DNA from: Mobula hypostoma
Taxonomy: Eukaryota
Length of the DNA stretch: 64,000 bases
Reading direction: 5' to 3'
Assembly: GCF_963921235.1 (NCBI RefSeq)
Contig: NC_086097.1
Location: 234,610,001 to 234,674,000 of the forward strand
Part shown: positions 37,810 through 50,854 of the stretch, piece by piece
Layout of the letters: every line of letters starts with the position of its first letter
Position numbering within the stretch: the stretch's first letter is position 1
Made by a program: the position numbers and the translations under genes
Notes under the pieces: model-generated
What the model saw: the letters and a program-made list of their open reading frames with translations, nothing else
The model's database searches: none
What the model was told of the DNA's origin: nothing

Positions 37810-38600
37810 CAAAGTTCAAAATTAATTTATCAAAGTACATATATGTCACGGTAATCGACACTTGAGATTCATTTTCTAGTCGGTATACTCAATAAATCCA
37901 TAGTAGAATCGATGAAGACCGCACCAACTTGGGCATTCAACCAGTGTGCAAAAAGACAGCAAACTATGCAAACAGAAGATGAAAGATATAATAATAATAA
38001 ATAAATAAGCAATTAATATCGAGAACATGAGATGAAGAGTCCTTGAAAGTGAGTCTGTTGGTTGGAAACATTTCAATGATAGGGCAAGTAAAGTTATCCT
38101 CTTTGGCTCAAGAGCCTGATGGTTGAAGGGTAGTAACTGTTCCAGAACCTGGAGGTTCAAATCTTGAGGCTCCTGCACCTTCTCAAAGATGTGAGCAGTG
38201 AGAAGTTGTGGGGGTCCTGTGTTGTCCTGTGTTGTGGGTGTTCTGTGTTGTGGGAATCCCTGACAATGGATGCTGCTTTCCTACACACCACTTTGTGTAG
38301 ATGTGTTCAACAGTGAGAAGGCTTTACCAATCATGGACTGGGCCATATCCTCTACTTTTTGTAGATTTTCTGTTCAAAGTCATTGATTTTTCCATACTAG
38401 GGGGTGATGCAGCCAGTCAATATACTCTTTCATACACATCTACAGAAGTTTGTCCACATTTTAGATGTCATGCCAAATCTTTTCAAACTCCTAATGAAGT
38501 AGGGATGCTGTCGTGCTTTCTTCATAATTGCACGTACGTGCTTGTCCCAGGACAAAGCCTCCAAGTTAATAACACCGAGGCATTTAAAATTGCTGAACGT
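37810..38600 (-). mobile_element. Rex1/Babar LINE 3' fragment
   Basis: AAAGTTCAAA tail, Rex 3' UTR and ORF C-terminal nucleotide homology to other copies in the window. Confidence 0.7.
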
Positions 38601-38604
38601 ATAT

Positions 38605-39214
38605 AGGCAGGAGGAGAAGATGGCAGCGTGACGCAGCGCACGCAGCTCTCCAGTGAAATGATACCGTATCTGTTAAATGGGGGCTGTAGACAATTCTGAT
38701 TTGATGAAGACAGACGTAAGAAGCAGAGGAACATCTGGAGAAATTTCTGGAATGCCTGGTTCGCTGCTGTTGTTACTGTGCGATCGAGAATCTCTGGAGG
38801 GTAGGCCCCAAAATCCCCGGCTTTGCCTGCTGCTGGCGTCCGAGGCTGAGGTCGAAACGTTCAGATAGAGATGGTGCTCGGAACTTGGTGCAGGAGGGCT
38901 GATCAGAGCTCGAAGTTTTCGGACGACTCAGAGTCGGACTGTGGTGGGGCATGGCAGGGAGAGTTTTCTTCCTTCTTCCGTCTGCGTGAGATGTGGGACT
39001 TTCGAGAGACTTTGAACTTTTTTTACTGTGCCCATGGCCTGTTCTTCATCAAGTTATGGTATTGTTGCACTGTTGTAACTGTATGTTTTGTTAGTTTTTC
39101 AGTCTTGGTCTGTCCTGTGTTTCTGTGATATCACACCGGAGGAATATTGTATCATTTCTTAATGCATGCATTACTAAATGACAATGAAAGAGGACTGTGT
39201 GTCCTCATAATCTA
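38605..39214 (+). mobile_element. Unclassified non-autonomous retroelement
   Basis: CpG-retaining block starting near AAGATGGC and ending in an AATCT-like tail; no ORF homology recognised. Confidence 0.4.
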
Positions 39215-39904
39215 AAATAAATAAATAATATCAGGAACATGAGTTGTAGAGTCCTTGAAAGTGACTCCAAAGTTTGTGGATTCAGTTCAGTGTTGAGATG
39301 AGTGAAGTCATCCCCACTGGTCCAGAAGCCTGATGGTTGAAGAGTAATAACTGCTCCTGAACCTGATGATGAAATATAATCACTTGTGGAATAAATTTAT
39401 GTTGGAGAAAAAAATCTTATTTTATGTAATACAATTATCAATGAAATGGATGAATTTGTCCAGAATAACTATCCTAAATATTCTATTAGCTATGAGGAAA
39501 AGGGGGACTTGAGTGAATCACCTTCAGATCATTGATTACTTTCTTAAGATCCAAATTTAAAATTAATTAATCCAGGTGTTGAGAGACATAATATCATTCA
39601 TGTTTGTGAAAATCAAGAACTCAAATGCATACTGATCAATGTTCTGGCAGGAATAGATAGGATGCTTAAGGTCAGCAATTAATCAAAAGGACTTTGATGG
39701 AAACTCATTACAAGATCCAGCTAGATGCATTACTTCTAAATTAAACCATTGTAAATAATGGTTGGATAGTCATTATTGCTCTGTGGAAAATAGGTACTGA
39801 AATATCGCTGAGCAAGAAATGCGATTTGTAAAAACACGTAACATATCAAAGTACTTTTTTGCATAAGAGTCTGAATAAAAACCAAGATACTAAGCATTAT
39901 CTTA

Positions 39905-40560
39905 AGGGTTGCAATGAAAGCTTTTTGTGCACTGGCCTTCATAAATCAATGTCTTGAGTACAGAAGTTGGGATGTTAAGTTGAAATTATATAAGATGTTG
40001 GTGAGGCCTATTTTGGAGTATTCTGTCCAGTTTTGGTCATCTACCTACAGGAAAGATGTAAATAAGATTGAAAGAGTGCAGAGAAAATTTACAAGGATGT
40101 TGCTGGGTCTTGAGTGCCCCAGTAATGGGGAAATGTTGAATAGTTTAGGTCTTTATTCCCTAGAAAGTAGAAGACTGAGGGGAGATTTGATAGAGGTATG
40201 CAATATTATGAGGGGTATAGATAGGGTAAATGCAAGCAGGCTTTTTCCACAGAGGTTGGGTAAGACTAGAATTTTAGGTCATGGGTTAAGGGTGAAAGGT
40301 GAAATATTTAAGCAGGAACATGAGGGGGAACGTCTTCAGTCAGAGGGTGGTGAAAGCATGGAATGAGCTGCCGGCACAAGTGCTAGATACAGGATCAATT
40401 TCAACATTTAAGAGAAAATTGGATAGGAACATGGATGGGGAGGTATGGAAGACAATGAACCAAGTGCAGGTCCATTGGACTAGCCAGATTAATGGCTTGA
40501 CACAGACTAGATGGGCCGAAGTGCCTGTTTCTGTGCTGAGTGATCTATAACTCTATATTG
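39905..40560 (+). mobile_element. CR1 3' fragment
   Basis: ORF 39914..40366 LVRPILEYSVQFW...RLRGDLIEV. Confidence 0.9.
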
Positions 40561-41058
40561 TTACCCAGCCATTAGAAAACACGATAAAAACCTTGATAAC
40601 ATATTGCTTCTGTTCTGATGCATAAAGACAGAGACACTGATCTTCATGGGCTAGTGGAGGTGGGAGTCAGCTATAGATGGAATTAAAGTCCAAACAATCA
40701 TTTATAATAATGCTACAAGTAGTGATGAATGCTTCTCAAGGAGCATGGATTGCAGGATATTGAGGTGCATACTTGCAAATGCAAAGACTAGTTTCATCTT
40801 GAAATCGCACCATGAAAAAGATATTTGAAAGAAACCGATTAATAACAAACGTTCATTACATTAGTAGGGCCCATTGCCCTGCTGCTGTTTTGCTAAATTG
40901 CTTCAGCAAAATTACTTTCTGGATCATGCCTAAGCAGGTTTTGGTAATGCACAAAATGGCAGTGAACTTAGCTGTAATTATAGAGAACTACAGCATAACA
41001 ATAGGCCTATCCGTCCATCTGGTCTATGTCGACCTGTTTTACTGCCGATGTGCCTCTA

Positions 41059-41588
41059 CTGTATTGTGCAAAAGTTTTAGGCACATATATACAGCTAGGG
41101 TGCCAAAGAATTTTGTGAAGTACTGTAGTAATCTTATGTATTGCACTGTACTGCTGCAAAAAAAAAATACAACGTCATAACATCTGTGAGTGATGATAAA
41201 CCTGATTCTGACAAGGGTCTCCAGTGTGGACTGAGAGTGGGAAGATATCAGGGAGAGGCAAATCATGGTTGGGAAAAGGAGATGGGAGAGGAGAGGGAGT
41301 GGAAAGCACCAGAAAGACTTTCTGTAATGATCAATAAACCAATTGTTTGGAATGAAATTACTTTGCCTGGTGTCTCAGGGCAGGGTGTGTCTGCAACCCG
41401 CACCACTCCTTCTCTGCTACCTGTCCTATACCCCTCCTGCAACGGTCCACATTCGCCATTCCCAATATCCATTGGGATCACTAAATATACAAGTTCGCTC
41501 TCCACTCCATGTTGATAAGTCCAGTACTGTGAAAAAGCCTTAAGCACCCCATCTATATATATGTGCCTAAGACTTTTGCACAGTACTG
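41059..41588. mobile_element. Composite Tc1-type MITE (two 67-bp mini-MITEs flanking cargo)
   Basis: TIR consensus CAGTACTGTGCAAAAGTCTTAGGCAC occurs four times; TA on both outer ends; related copy at 45269-45740. Confidence 0.75.
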
Positions 41589-42178
41589 TACCTGCACCTA
41601 CCTGCATCATACATCGTACCTGTCTGATCCATGCACTTACCCAAACTTCACTTAAGTGTTACAATCAAGCCTGTATCCACTACTTCCACTGGCAGCTCAT
41701 TTCACACTCTCCACAGTGTTGAATGGAATAAATAACTCAGTCATGAACAGGTGTAGATTATATTGTTCCAGGGATTCCAGACTTCCAATGCATCACATGT
41801 AAAGTCCTCCACAAAGAGTGCTGTTGCATCTCATCAAGGGCCCCACCATCCAGGCCATGCTCTTTTCTCACTGCTACCATCAGGAAGGAGGTACAGGTGC
41901 CTCACGTCCCACGCCACTAGGTTTAGGAACAGTTACTACTCCTCAAGCACCAGGTTCTTGAACCCTTCACTCAACCCAACACTTAACTGATTCCACAAAC
42001 TATGGACTCACTTTCATGGACTCTACAACTTACGTTCTCAATATTTATTATTTATTTCTTCTTTTTTTTGTATTTGCAAAATTTTCTCTCTTTGTTGTGT
42101 GCAGTTTTTCATTGATTCTATCGTGTTTCTTTGTATTTACTGTGAATGCCTGCAAAAAAACAAATCTGAGGGCAGTAT

Positions 42179-42484
42179 TTATAGGCATCCGTTAGTCTCA
42201 TGAGACCATGGATTTGCACCTTGGAAAGTTTCCAGGGCGTAAGCCTGGGCAAGGTTGTATGGAAGACCAGCAGTTGCCCATGCTGCAAGTCTCCCCTCTC
42301 CAGGCCACCGATGTTGTCCAAGGGGAGGGCCTTAGGACCCATACAGCTTGGCACCAATGTCGTCGCAGATCAATATGTGGTTAAGTGCCTTGCTCAAGGA
42401 CACACACGTTGCCTCAGACAAGGCTCAAACTAGTGACCTTCAACTCACTAGACGAATGCCTTAACCACTTGGCCACGCGCCAAC
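42179..42484 (-). mobile_element. tRNA-derived CORE-type SINE
   Basis: A-box TGGCCAAGTGGTTAAGG; CORE-like GTGTCCTTGAGCAAGGCACTTAACC; 10-bp TSD AGGGCAGTAT at 42169-42178 and 42485-42494. Confidence 0.85.
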
Positions 42485-43289
42485 AGGGCAGTATATGGTG
42501 ACATATACGTATGTACTTGGTTATCCAGGCTGTGCTCTATTCTTACTGCTGCCATCAGGAATGAGACACAGGAGCCTCAGGACCCTTATCACAAGGTATA
42601 GGAACAGTTATTTTCTGTCAGCCATCAGGCTGTTGAGCAATAGGTGATAATATCACTCTCGCGAGCGCTGAACTGGATACACAACCTATGGACTCTATTT
42701 CAAAGACTCTACAATTTTGTTCTCTATATTTAATGTTTTTTTTATTATTTAATTTCTTTTACTTTTTGTATTTGCAGCTTGTTGTCTTTGTGCATTGGTT
42801 GTTTGTCCATCTTTGCTGTGTGTGGCTTTTCATTGATTCTATTGTGTTTCTTTGTGTTTATTCATTGACCCACAAGAAAATGAATCTCAGGTTGTATAAG
42901 GTAACATATATATACTTTGATAATAAGCTTACATTGAACTTTGGACTTTGAAAATGTTTGACAATAAATTTACTTCAAAATTTAAACCTTGAACTTTTAA
43001 ACAAGGACAGTGATCCTACTCACAAAAATAATCTTGGACAACACACACAAAATGCTTGAGAAACTCAGCTTGAGGATCTGCAAAGAGGCAAATAAGACAA
43101 TGCTTTTGCTGTACCTCAGTATAGTGACAATAATAAACCAATTTATCACCTTACTGTAGGATGGATACCACCCGACATTCTTTCCTTCTGTCATCGATAC
43201 TCAGAGCACCTCCTTGATATTATCTCTTTGCCTGAAAGAAAACCAAGAGCCATTGATCTCCTTGTCAACAAGACTTGGACTTCTGGTAA

Positions 43290-44097
43290 GTTGGCAGCAC
43301 GTTCAAACGCAGCGGCCTCTCGTGGGCCAAAAAAAGGTGCGCTTTATTTTTTAAAATATGTTTTTTTTATGATCATAAGACTATACTATTCTCCAAGAAC
43401 AACGGGCACAGCAGGTCTACTGCCTCAGTGATCTGTTTGTTGTTCGGACCTGCCGGTTGGAGTGTTGAAGGAGCCAGCGGATGAGTTGGAGAAGGAGAAG
43501 CCTGCGCTCGGCCAGGAGAAGCAGAAGCCGTTTCTCGGCCGGGAGAAGGAGGAGGAAAAGCTGGCACTCGACCAGTAGAAGGAGAATCCAGCAGAAGGCC
43601 TGGAGAAGGAGAAGCCAGTGGACGGGCCAGAGAGGATTCAGAGGAACGGACCTGGGTGCAGAACGTGCTGCCTGCTACTCGGAAACATCGAGTTGGAGCG
43701 CAAAAACAGGCAGTAGCATGGCCTCAGTTGTAGCAAGGACCAGGCCTCAAGTGGGCTCGTCTGCTGCTGCAGGTCAAATGAGATGAATCTGGAGGCGATG
43801 TAGTGTGGTGTCCATGCTCAGCTGGGATCTGGCCTCTCCCATCAGTGCTGCCCTCCAGTGTTCGACCGGCAGAATGACAGGCTGGATTGCCAGGAGCTGT
43901 ATCATCAATTTGCATGTCACTCAGGGACTATGACTATACATGTGTTTTCTTGCATAATGATGTGTGTGTTTGATTTTTCTCTCTCTCTCTCTCACTATGT
44001 TGAATGTATGTTGTGCACCTTGGCCCCAGAGGAACGCTATCTCGTTCAACTGTATCCATGTTTGGTCTGAATGACGGTTAAACTTGATTTGATCTGA
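43290..44097 (+). mobile_element. Unclassified GC-rich interspersed element with a LINE-like tail
   Basis: Ends AAACTTGATTTGATCTGA; internal degenerate GGAGAAGGAGAAGCC repeats. Confidence 0.35.
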
Positions 44098-44200
44098 TAT
44101 TAATTTTGTTCCTACAAATTGTTGCCAAATGTCTTTTTTATATACAGTAAAGCAGCTTGGTGCTCTAAATGTCTTCTGTCTTTTTTAACACAGACTGCTG

Positions 44201-44362
44201 CCTCTTCCAGTCGCATGACCAGCATTTTCCAGTTGCATAGCCAGCGTTTTCCAGTCACATGGCCAGCATTTTCCAGTCACATGACCTGCCTCTTCCAGTC
44301 ACATGACCAGTATTTTCCAGGCACATGGCCTACCTCTTTCAGTCACATGGCCAGCATTTTTC
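44201..44362. repeat. 22-bp minisatellite, about 7 copies
   Basis: Consensus TTCCAGTCACATGGCCAGCATT. Confidence 0.9.
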
Positions 44363-45268
44363 CTGCACCTCAGGTTCCTGGGGTTCACTAGCTCCTAACA
44401 GAACCATCCTCCCTACCCACAAGAGCAGGTTCTGATAAGGAGACAGTACTATTGCCACTACCTTTGTCACATTTTCAAATAAACTCATATCTGATGGTGA
44501 AGGTGAAAGGGTGAGAGGTTAAATATTTAAAGGGAACCTGAAGGGAAACCTTTTCGCTCTGACCATGGTGTGAGTGTGGAACGAGTTGCCAGCGGAAGTG
44601 GTAGATGCGGTTTGCTGGCAACAATTAAGAGAAGCTTGGATTAACAATATGGATGGGAAGGGTGGGGAGGGCTATGTCTCCGGTACGGGGTCAATGGGAC
44701 TAGGCAGACCAGCAATTCAGCATGGACTCCATGGGCCACTGAGCCTGTTTCTGTGCTCGATAACTTTTCTGCTCCTTGAGCTGCTGACATTACGTCTAGG
44801 TTCTCTGTGGCATTTCCATCAATACTACGATTCCTGTAGCCTCTTAAAATTAAGGTCTTGTGTAATATATACGTTACTGAATCCCTATAATAATATGTCC
44901 CTCAATGATCTGACTCTGAACGCCTTAATAGTACTCTTGCTTGCTAAGCTCTTCTTACTGATGTAATTTCCATTTGCCCGCACTGACACCTGGCTACAAC
45001 TAATAAATGTGTCATTCAGGCCTCAGCAATATCATTAGCCTTGAAGAACATGTCGAAATGCCCCAGGTAAATACTAAACACCTCTTGAGATTTGTCCTGT
45101 TTCTCAAGCTTCCCAATACATTCCATTTGCCATTTATGTTATTCTTGGGCTCCATTTTGATATTCACTGATCTGACTTCATTTTCAATTAAAGCAATCCC
45201 TTCTCACCTCATCTTCGCAAAATTTACAATGCACTTAACTTTTCATTCTGCATACTAGAAATTCTATA

Positions 45269-45740
45269 CGATACTGTGAAAAAGTCTGAGGAACATAAGT
45301 ATATAGCTAGGGTGCCTAAGACTTCTGCACAGTACTGCAGTAATTTTATCTATTGTACTGTACTGCTGCTGCTGCAAAGAAACAAAATTCATGACATATA
45401 TGAGTGGTGACAAACCTGACTCTAATACGGGTCTCCTTTGAGGACTGAGTGTAGGAAGGAAGCAGGAAGAGGGGGATTATGGTTGGGAAAAGAGGAAGTG
45501 AGATGGGAGGGAGTGGGAAGCATCAGAGAGACATTCTGTGATGATTGCATGGAATCAAAATTCGTTGCCTGGTGTCTCAGGGTTCTGTGTGTGTCTACAC
45601 CCGCACCCCCCACCCCCACCCCTGACACTCCTTCTCTGCCACCTTTCTTTCCCGCAGCTCTCTTGTGGCCCTCCACCCTCGTCATTCCCAACATCCTTTA
45701 CTCCCACAAGATTTACATACTCGACCTCTGTTCTACTTAG
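45269..45740. mobile_element. Second copy of the composite MITE (right end not evident)
   Basis: Mini-MITE at 45269-45337 followed by the same cargo order as 41126-41520. Confidence 0.7.
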
Positions 45741-45809
45741 TACGGGTTTCTTTGAATTCTAAAATGATGGCAGAAACATTATTTGGAGCTCAGTGTCATT
45801 CACTTCATA

Positions 45810-46200
45810 TGGAGGTTTGAGGAAGGGAGATTTGATGGAGGTAGACAAAATTATGGGGGGTATACAATAGGCTAAATGCAAGCAGGCTTTTTCCACTGAA
45901 GTTGGGTGAGACTACAGCTAGAGGTCATGGGTTGAGAGTGAAAGGTGAAATGTTTAAGGAAACATGAAGGAAAACTTCTTCACTCAGAGTGTCATGAGAG
46001 TGTGGAATGACTGCCATCACAAGTGGTGGAAGTGTTTGATTTCAGCATTTAAGAGACATTTGGGTAAGTACATGGATGGGAAGGCTATGGAGGGCTATTG
46101 TTCGAGTGCAGGTTGATGGAACAAGGCAGAATAATAGTCCAGCATGGACTAGACAGGCTGAAGGGCCTGTTTTGTGCTCTAATATTCTATAACTCAATGG
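45810..46200 (+). mobile_element. CR1 3' fragment
   Basis: Nucleotide homology to 40170-40560. Confidence 0.75.
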
Positions 46201-49200
46201 TAGATGGACTGCAAACATTTCATAACGTTCCATGTAACATTCCATAGAGCAAACATGACGTTCATAGCTTCTAGATTTATGCTACCTGAGCATGTTATTA
46301 ACGACCACCTTCCTGGCCATTGGATCACACAGTAGATCTCATTCACTAAGCCCACCAGAGCTGACATCACATACTACAACAGGCATGTCCCTATTTCACC
46401 AGCATATGAGACCCACCGGCTACCCTCACTTGGTTTAGCCCGCCTGACAAAGCAATGTACCAGAGTGTGGCCACTGTCGCATGCAAACAGCTACCTGGAG
46501 CCACAGGTAAGAGCTGAGTATCTGGTGAGGATCAGAGGCCCAGAGTGCCCCAGAGGTTTTGCCCTTCCCTGGACACCCCATATACCTTTAGGGGGTTTAG
46601 GCGTTTAGAAGTACTCACACTCTGCAAACTCTCCAATCATTAGTTCAGAAGGATATCATACTTTCTTCTCATAATTTTGCTGTAAACATTCAGTATAGTA
46701 ATCCACATGTACAGAAACATGTCTGAAACTATTTTACATATGATGATCGAGTGTGATTAGTGAATGGGTCTCCAGTGGAGACTTTTATTCAATGAATGTG
46801 TGGGACTGAAGACCTATATTGAGAATTTCTTTCCTAAGTTTTTGAAAGTGGAGGATGATTCAATAAAAATATTTCTGGCAAAACATTCATTCTTGTTTCC
46901 TTTTAGACCATTACTTATTTTTATCAAATTCTTGTCTTTATTAAATAAGAGATGCTTTCTTCACAATCACCCCCCATGCCTCTCCACTCTCCCCGTCATG
47001 TGTCTCTCTCCTCTGCCCCCATGCTTCTCCCCCTCCCCCGTCTCTCTCCCCCTTCCCCAGTGTCTGTCCCCTGCATATCTACCCTCTCCCCCTGTGTCTC
47101 TCCGGCTTCCCTCTCCCCACGTTTCTCCCCCTCCCGCCCCGTGTCTCTCTTACAATACAGTGTTCTGTTTTCAGGCTCCTGGCATTGTTGATGGGCTTGT
47201 CCTTCAGAGGAAGAAACAGCCGAACAACGAGACCAAAGGCAAGGTTATGTGAATCACAAGTTAATATTTAGCACAAAAGACTTCAGAATACATTTGAAGG
47301 AAAGTCTGAAAATTGAAATCTTCTTTAATACACATGTGATTCAGTTGTTTTCTTGGGAAGCTGATATGATAGCATATAATTCTGTAAACTGTTTCAATCC
47401 CAGTACAGGAGGAATAGTGGTTAGCAATCTTTTCCCTTCAGCCACTTTTTCAACCGTAGAGCTGCATGCAAATGCTTAACATAATAACTTGGGTTTTGCT
47501 ATTGTGGTAGTGGTAAAAATCCTTTCACTTACTGTTACAGTATATACTGTATTGTCCTAGTTGCTAAGAATATCATATAGAATTGTTGTAACAAATCAAA
47601 TATCCAGACATCTATAGGATGACGGTCTGCATCCTTAAACCTCATACTAGAGTTGAACAAGCACAGAACAGGCTTTTCGGCCTACCACATCTATACCAAC
47701 CATCTAAAAAAGTATCTTTGCCAATCCCACCTGCCACGTCATCTCCATGTCCCTCTATGCCCTGCCCATTCAATTACTTGTCGAAGTACTTCCTAAATGT
47801 TCTTATGGTTCCTGCCTCTGCCACCTCCTCTGGCAGCTCATTCCAGATTCCAACTTCCCTTTCCATGAAAAATTTAGCCCTCAGATCCCATTCGAACCTC
47901 TACCCTCTCACCTTAAACATACGCCCTTTGCTTTAAGATCCTCCTACCAGGGGAACCAAACACATTATATCTACACTATCTATAATTTACATACCTCAAT
48001 CACGTCACCTCTCAGCTATACGCTATCTGAGAATGGAAGCAAGAAAGTGCAATTAAAAGCAGGTGCTAGATTAAAAGATCAGACATCAGCTTCAGCTTAA
48101 TTTATAATTTCTGTTTCTCTTCAGTTCTTATTATAATTCTATTCATTCATTACAAGCCAAATATTTAATGAAAACCCTTTCACATTATTTATATGTTTGT
48201 TTGTTTACTTATTTATTTATAGATGCGGTGCAGATCAGACCCTTCCAGCCCAGTGAGCTGTATTCCCATCAACCCACCTATTTAACCTAGCCTAATCATA
48301 GGACAGTTTACAATGACTAATTAACGTGCCAACTGAGCTGTCAGTGCAAGTGGAGGATGCGATTTCGATTTCAACATTGAGTTCAATGTTGACTGGCAAT
48401 TCCTGTGACGTTGCTGGTCCCGAACTGTATCGGTCTCCGCCATTCCTTTGGATTTATCAGATACGTGGAGAGAGGGAGCTTACTACAGGGGCAACAGCTT
48501 GCTCTTCATATCGTACTTTACATGCTTGTGTAACTAGGCAGCTAGGGCCCGATATCCATGGTGATTGATGGAGGCCCTCACCTCACTGGATAGATATGGG
48601 GATGGGAGTGGTGGGGAGGGCTATGGTCCAGGTGTAGGTCTATGGGATTAGGGAGTTTAAATGGACTAGATGGGGCGCAAGGCCTGTTTTCGTGCTGAAA
48701 TTTTCTATGACCCTATGACTGGGTAACAGGTACATCTTTGAACTGTGTGAGGAAATCAGATCACCCAGAGGAAATCTACATGATCACGAGAATTGAACTC
48801 CAAATTCTGATGCCCCCAGCTCTACCAGCTTCACTAACTGCCATGCTACCATGACAACCCTTTTGCTGAAGACTTTAGGCAGAGACTGTGTCAGCAGGAT
48901 GCCTTTCTAATCTTTTTAATTCTCCTTTAAAGGAATCAGCTGGAGGTTAAATGATTCATCTACAAACGTTTGTAGTAGACCTGCACTCCCCAGCACGCAT
49001 GACCACCCACTCTCCTCATTCCCTGCATTTGCTTATATCTGGAGATTGCAATCAGGAGACTGCTTGTGCTTGCTTTATGCAGAAGAAATTAGAATAAGGA
49101 AGTTCAAAACCTGTTCGAAGAATTCCTGTGAGGTGAATTTTAGATATAAGAGATCTAATATTGAAAATGTGTGCTCTTACATTGCCACTCTGTGTTCCCA

Positions 49201-49684
49201 GAGGCAAAATCTCACTAGGATAGTGAATAATCTACATAGTTAATTCTACGAATAAAATGTTTGCAACAGTAAGTGAAAGAACTACAGCATTTGGCAATGT
49301 TTTATCATTATTTATCAATTAAATATGTTTTAATTGTCTCTATCATTAAGTAATAATCCAAAGTTTATGACTTCAATCCATGAAAGAACAAATGCCCATA
49401 AGTTCAATCACATTGCATTCTATTCTTCTCAGTACCACTCTCCAATACTCCGTCACCCTGTCCCTCCCTTCTCTGTTCACCCTTTCTCTAACCCTGATCT
49501 CATCCTGGATGGTGAGGACTGGCTTCAATTCGTCATTGTCACTACACGACCGTATTTTCAATGGACAGCTGGCTGCAAACCTCTTTCCTAATCCACGATT
49601 GAAAGTCTTGGTTTGTCCCTTTAAAAACAGCATTTGTTTGGAGATTTGAATGAAGACTTGTTTAGATACTTTACTGGGGTTGTA

Positions 49685-49910
49685 CGGTGGTGTGGCATTT
49701 AGCATAATACTATTACAGCACCAGTGACCTGGACTTGATTCTGCCACAGTCTCCAAGGATTTTGAACGTTCTCTCTGTGATCTCGTGGGTTTCCTCCTGG
49801 TGCTTCACTTTTCTCTCGCATACCAAAGGTGTTAGTAGGATAATTGTCCCTTTGGGTGTAATTGGCTGGTATTGGCATACTAGCTAGAGGGGCCTGTTGT
49901 CATGTTGTAC
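49685..49910 (+). mobile_element. V-SINE-like element
   Basis: tRNA-like head; gaacgttctctctgtgatctcgtgggtttcctcc V-domain-like segment. Confidence 0.65.
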
Positions 49911-50854
49911 CAAAGTTCAAAGTTCAAAATTCAAAGTACATTTATTATCCAAGTATGTATGCTATAGACAACTTTGGGATTTCAAAATGGTTCAAAGGAT
50001 CAAAAGTTCATTAATTATAAAAGTATACAGCCGAAAATTCTTCTCCAGGTAGCCATGAACCCAAGAAAGAAAAGAAAGGTAGCACGGTCATCAATCACCA
50101 AATCCTTCTCCCCACAAAAAAAACAGAAACAAAATTGGGCCATCAACCCCAAACCCCCTTTCCCACAAAAGAAATTGACAAAAACAGAAGAGGCATGGCA
50201 ACCCCAATATTCCTCCTCTCGCACAAAAAAAAATCAAACAAAATGGAACAGGCACATCAAACTCCTCCCTTCCCTCCAATCTTTTCTCCCACAGAAAAAT
50301 CCAAACAAAACAGAACAGGCCCATCAAACCCCGCCTCCCCCCCAAAATCCCTCCTACCGCACAAAAAGCAAACAAAAAGAGGACGGGTACATTGACCCCC
50401 AAATCTCCCTTCCCGCACTAAAAAAGGAAACAAGAAAGATTGGGTGAAAAACACAGAATATTAAAAAACTATAAAACTGAAAAAAAAAATCTGCAGTCCA
50501 AGTTCTCATCCAAAACGCAGAAAGGTTGTGCAAAACTTTCTGGGCCCAGCAGCAGGTCTTTCCTTCTCCATAGCAGAGCAATCGATGTGTCAATCTCCAT
50601 CGTCGCTTTGATCAGAGAACAATGGAAGCTTTAATCAGAGAAAGGAGTCAAACATCAGCTCACAGACTGCCCACCACAAGCTGTCTCTGTCTCCCGGAAT
50701 CCTCTCGGAGACTGCAGAGCGTTGCAACACCCAAACGATCCCCAAACAGCAAATCACAGGCTCCAACAGTTCCAGATTCACATCCAAGATAAAAAAAACA
50801 AATGTTAAAAAAACATAAAAGAAATGAAATATATGGTTTCCTGTTGGATATACT

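Noticed and set aside
47175..47243. Possible 69-bp plus-strand exon (ttttcag|GCTCC...AAG|gttatg) within ORF 46764..47252
   Set aside because: Weak donor, no recognisable peptide, and the ORF is inflated by CT-rich low-complexity sequence
49974..50593. Overlapping 70-157 aa K/P/Q-rich ORFs
   Set aside because: Low-complexity degenerate repeats inside a LINE-tail-bearing element
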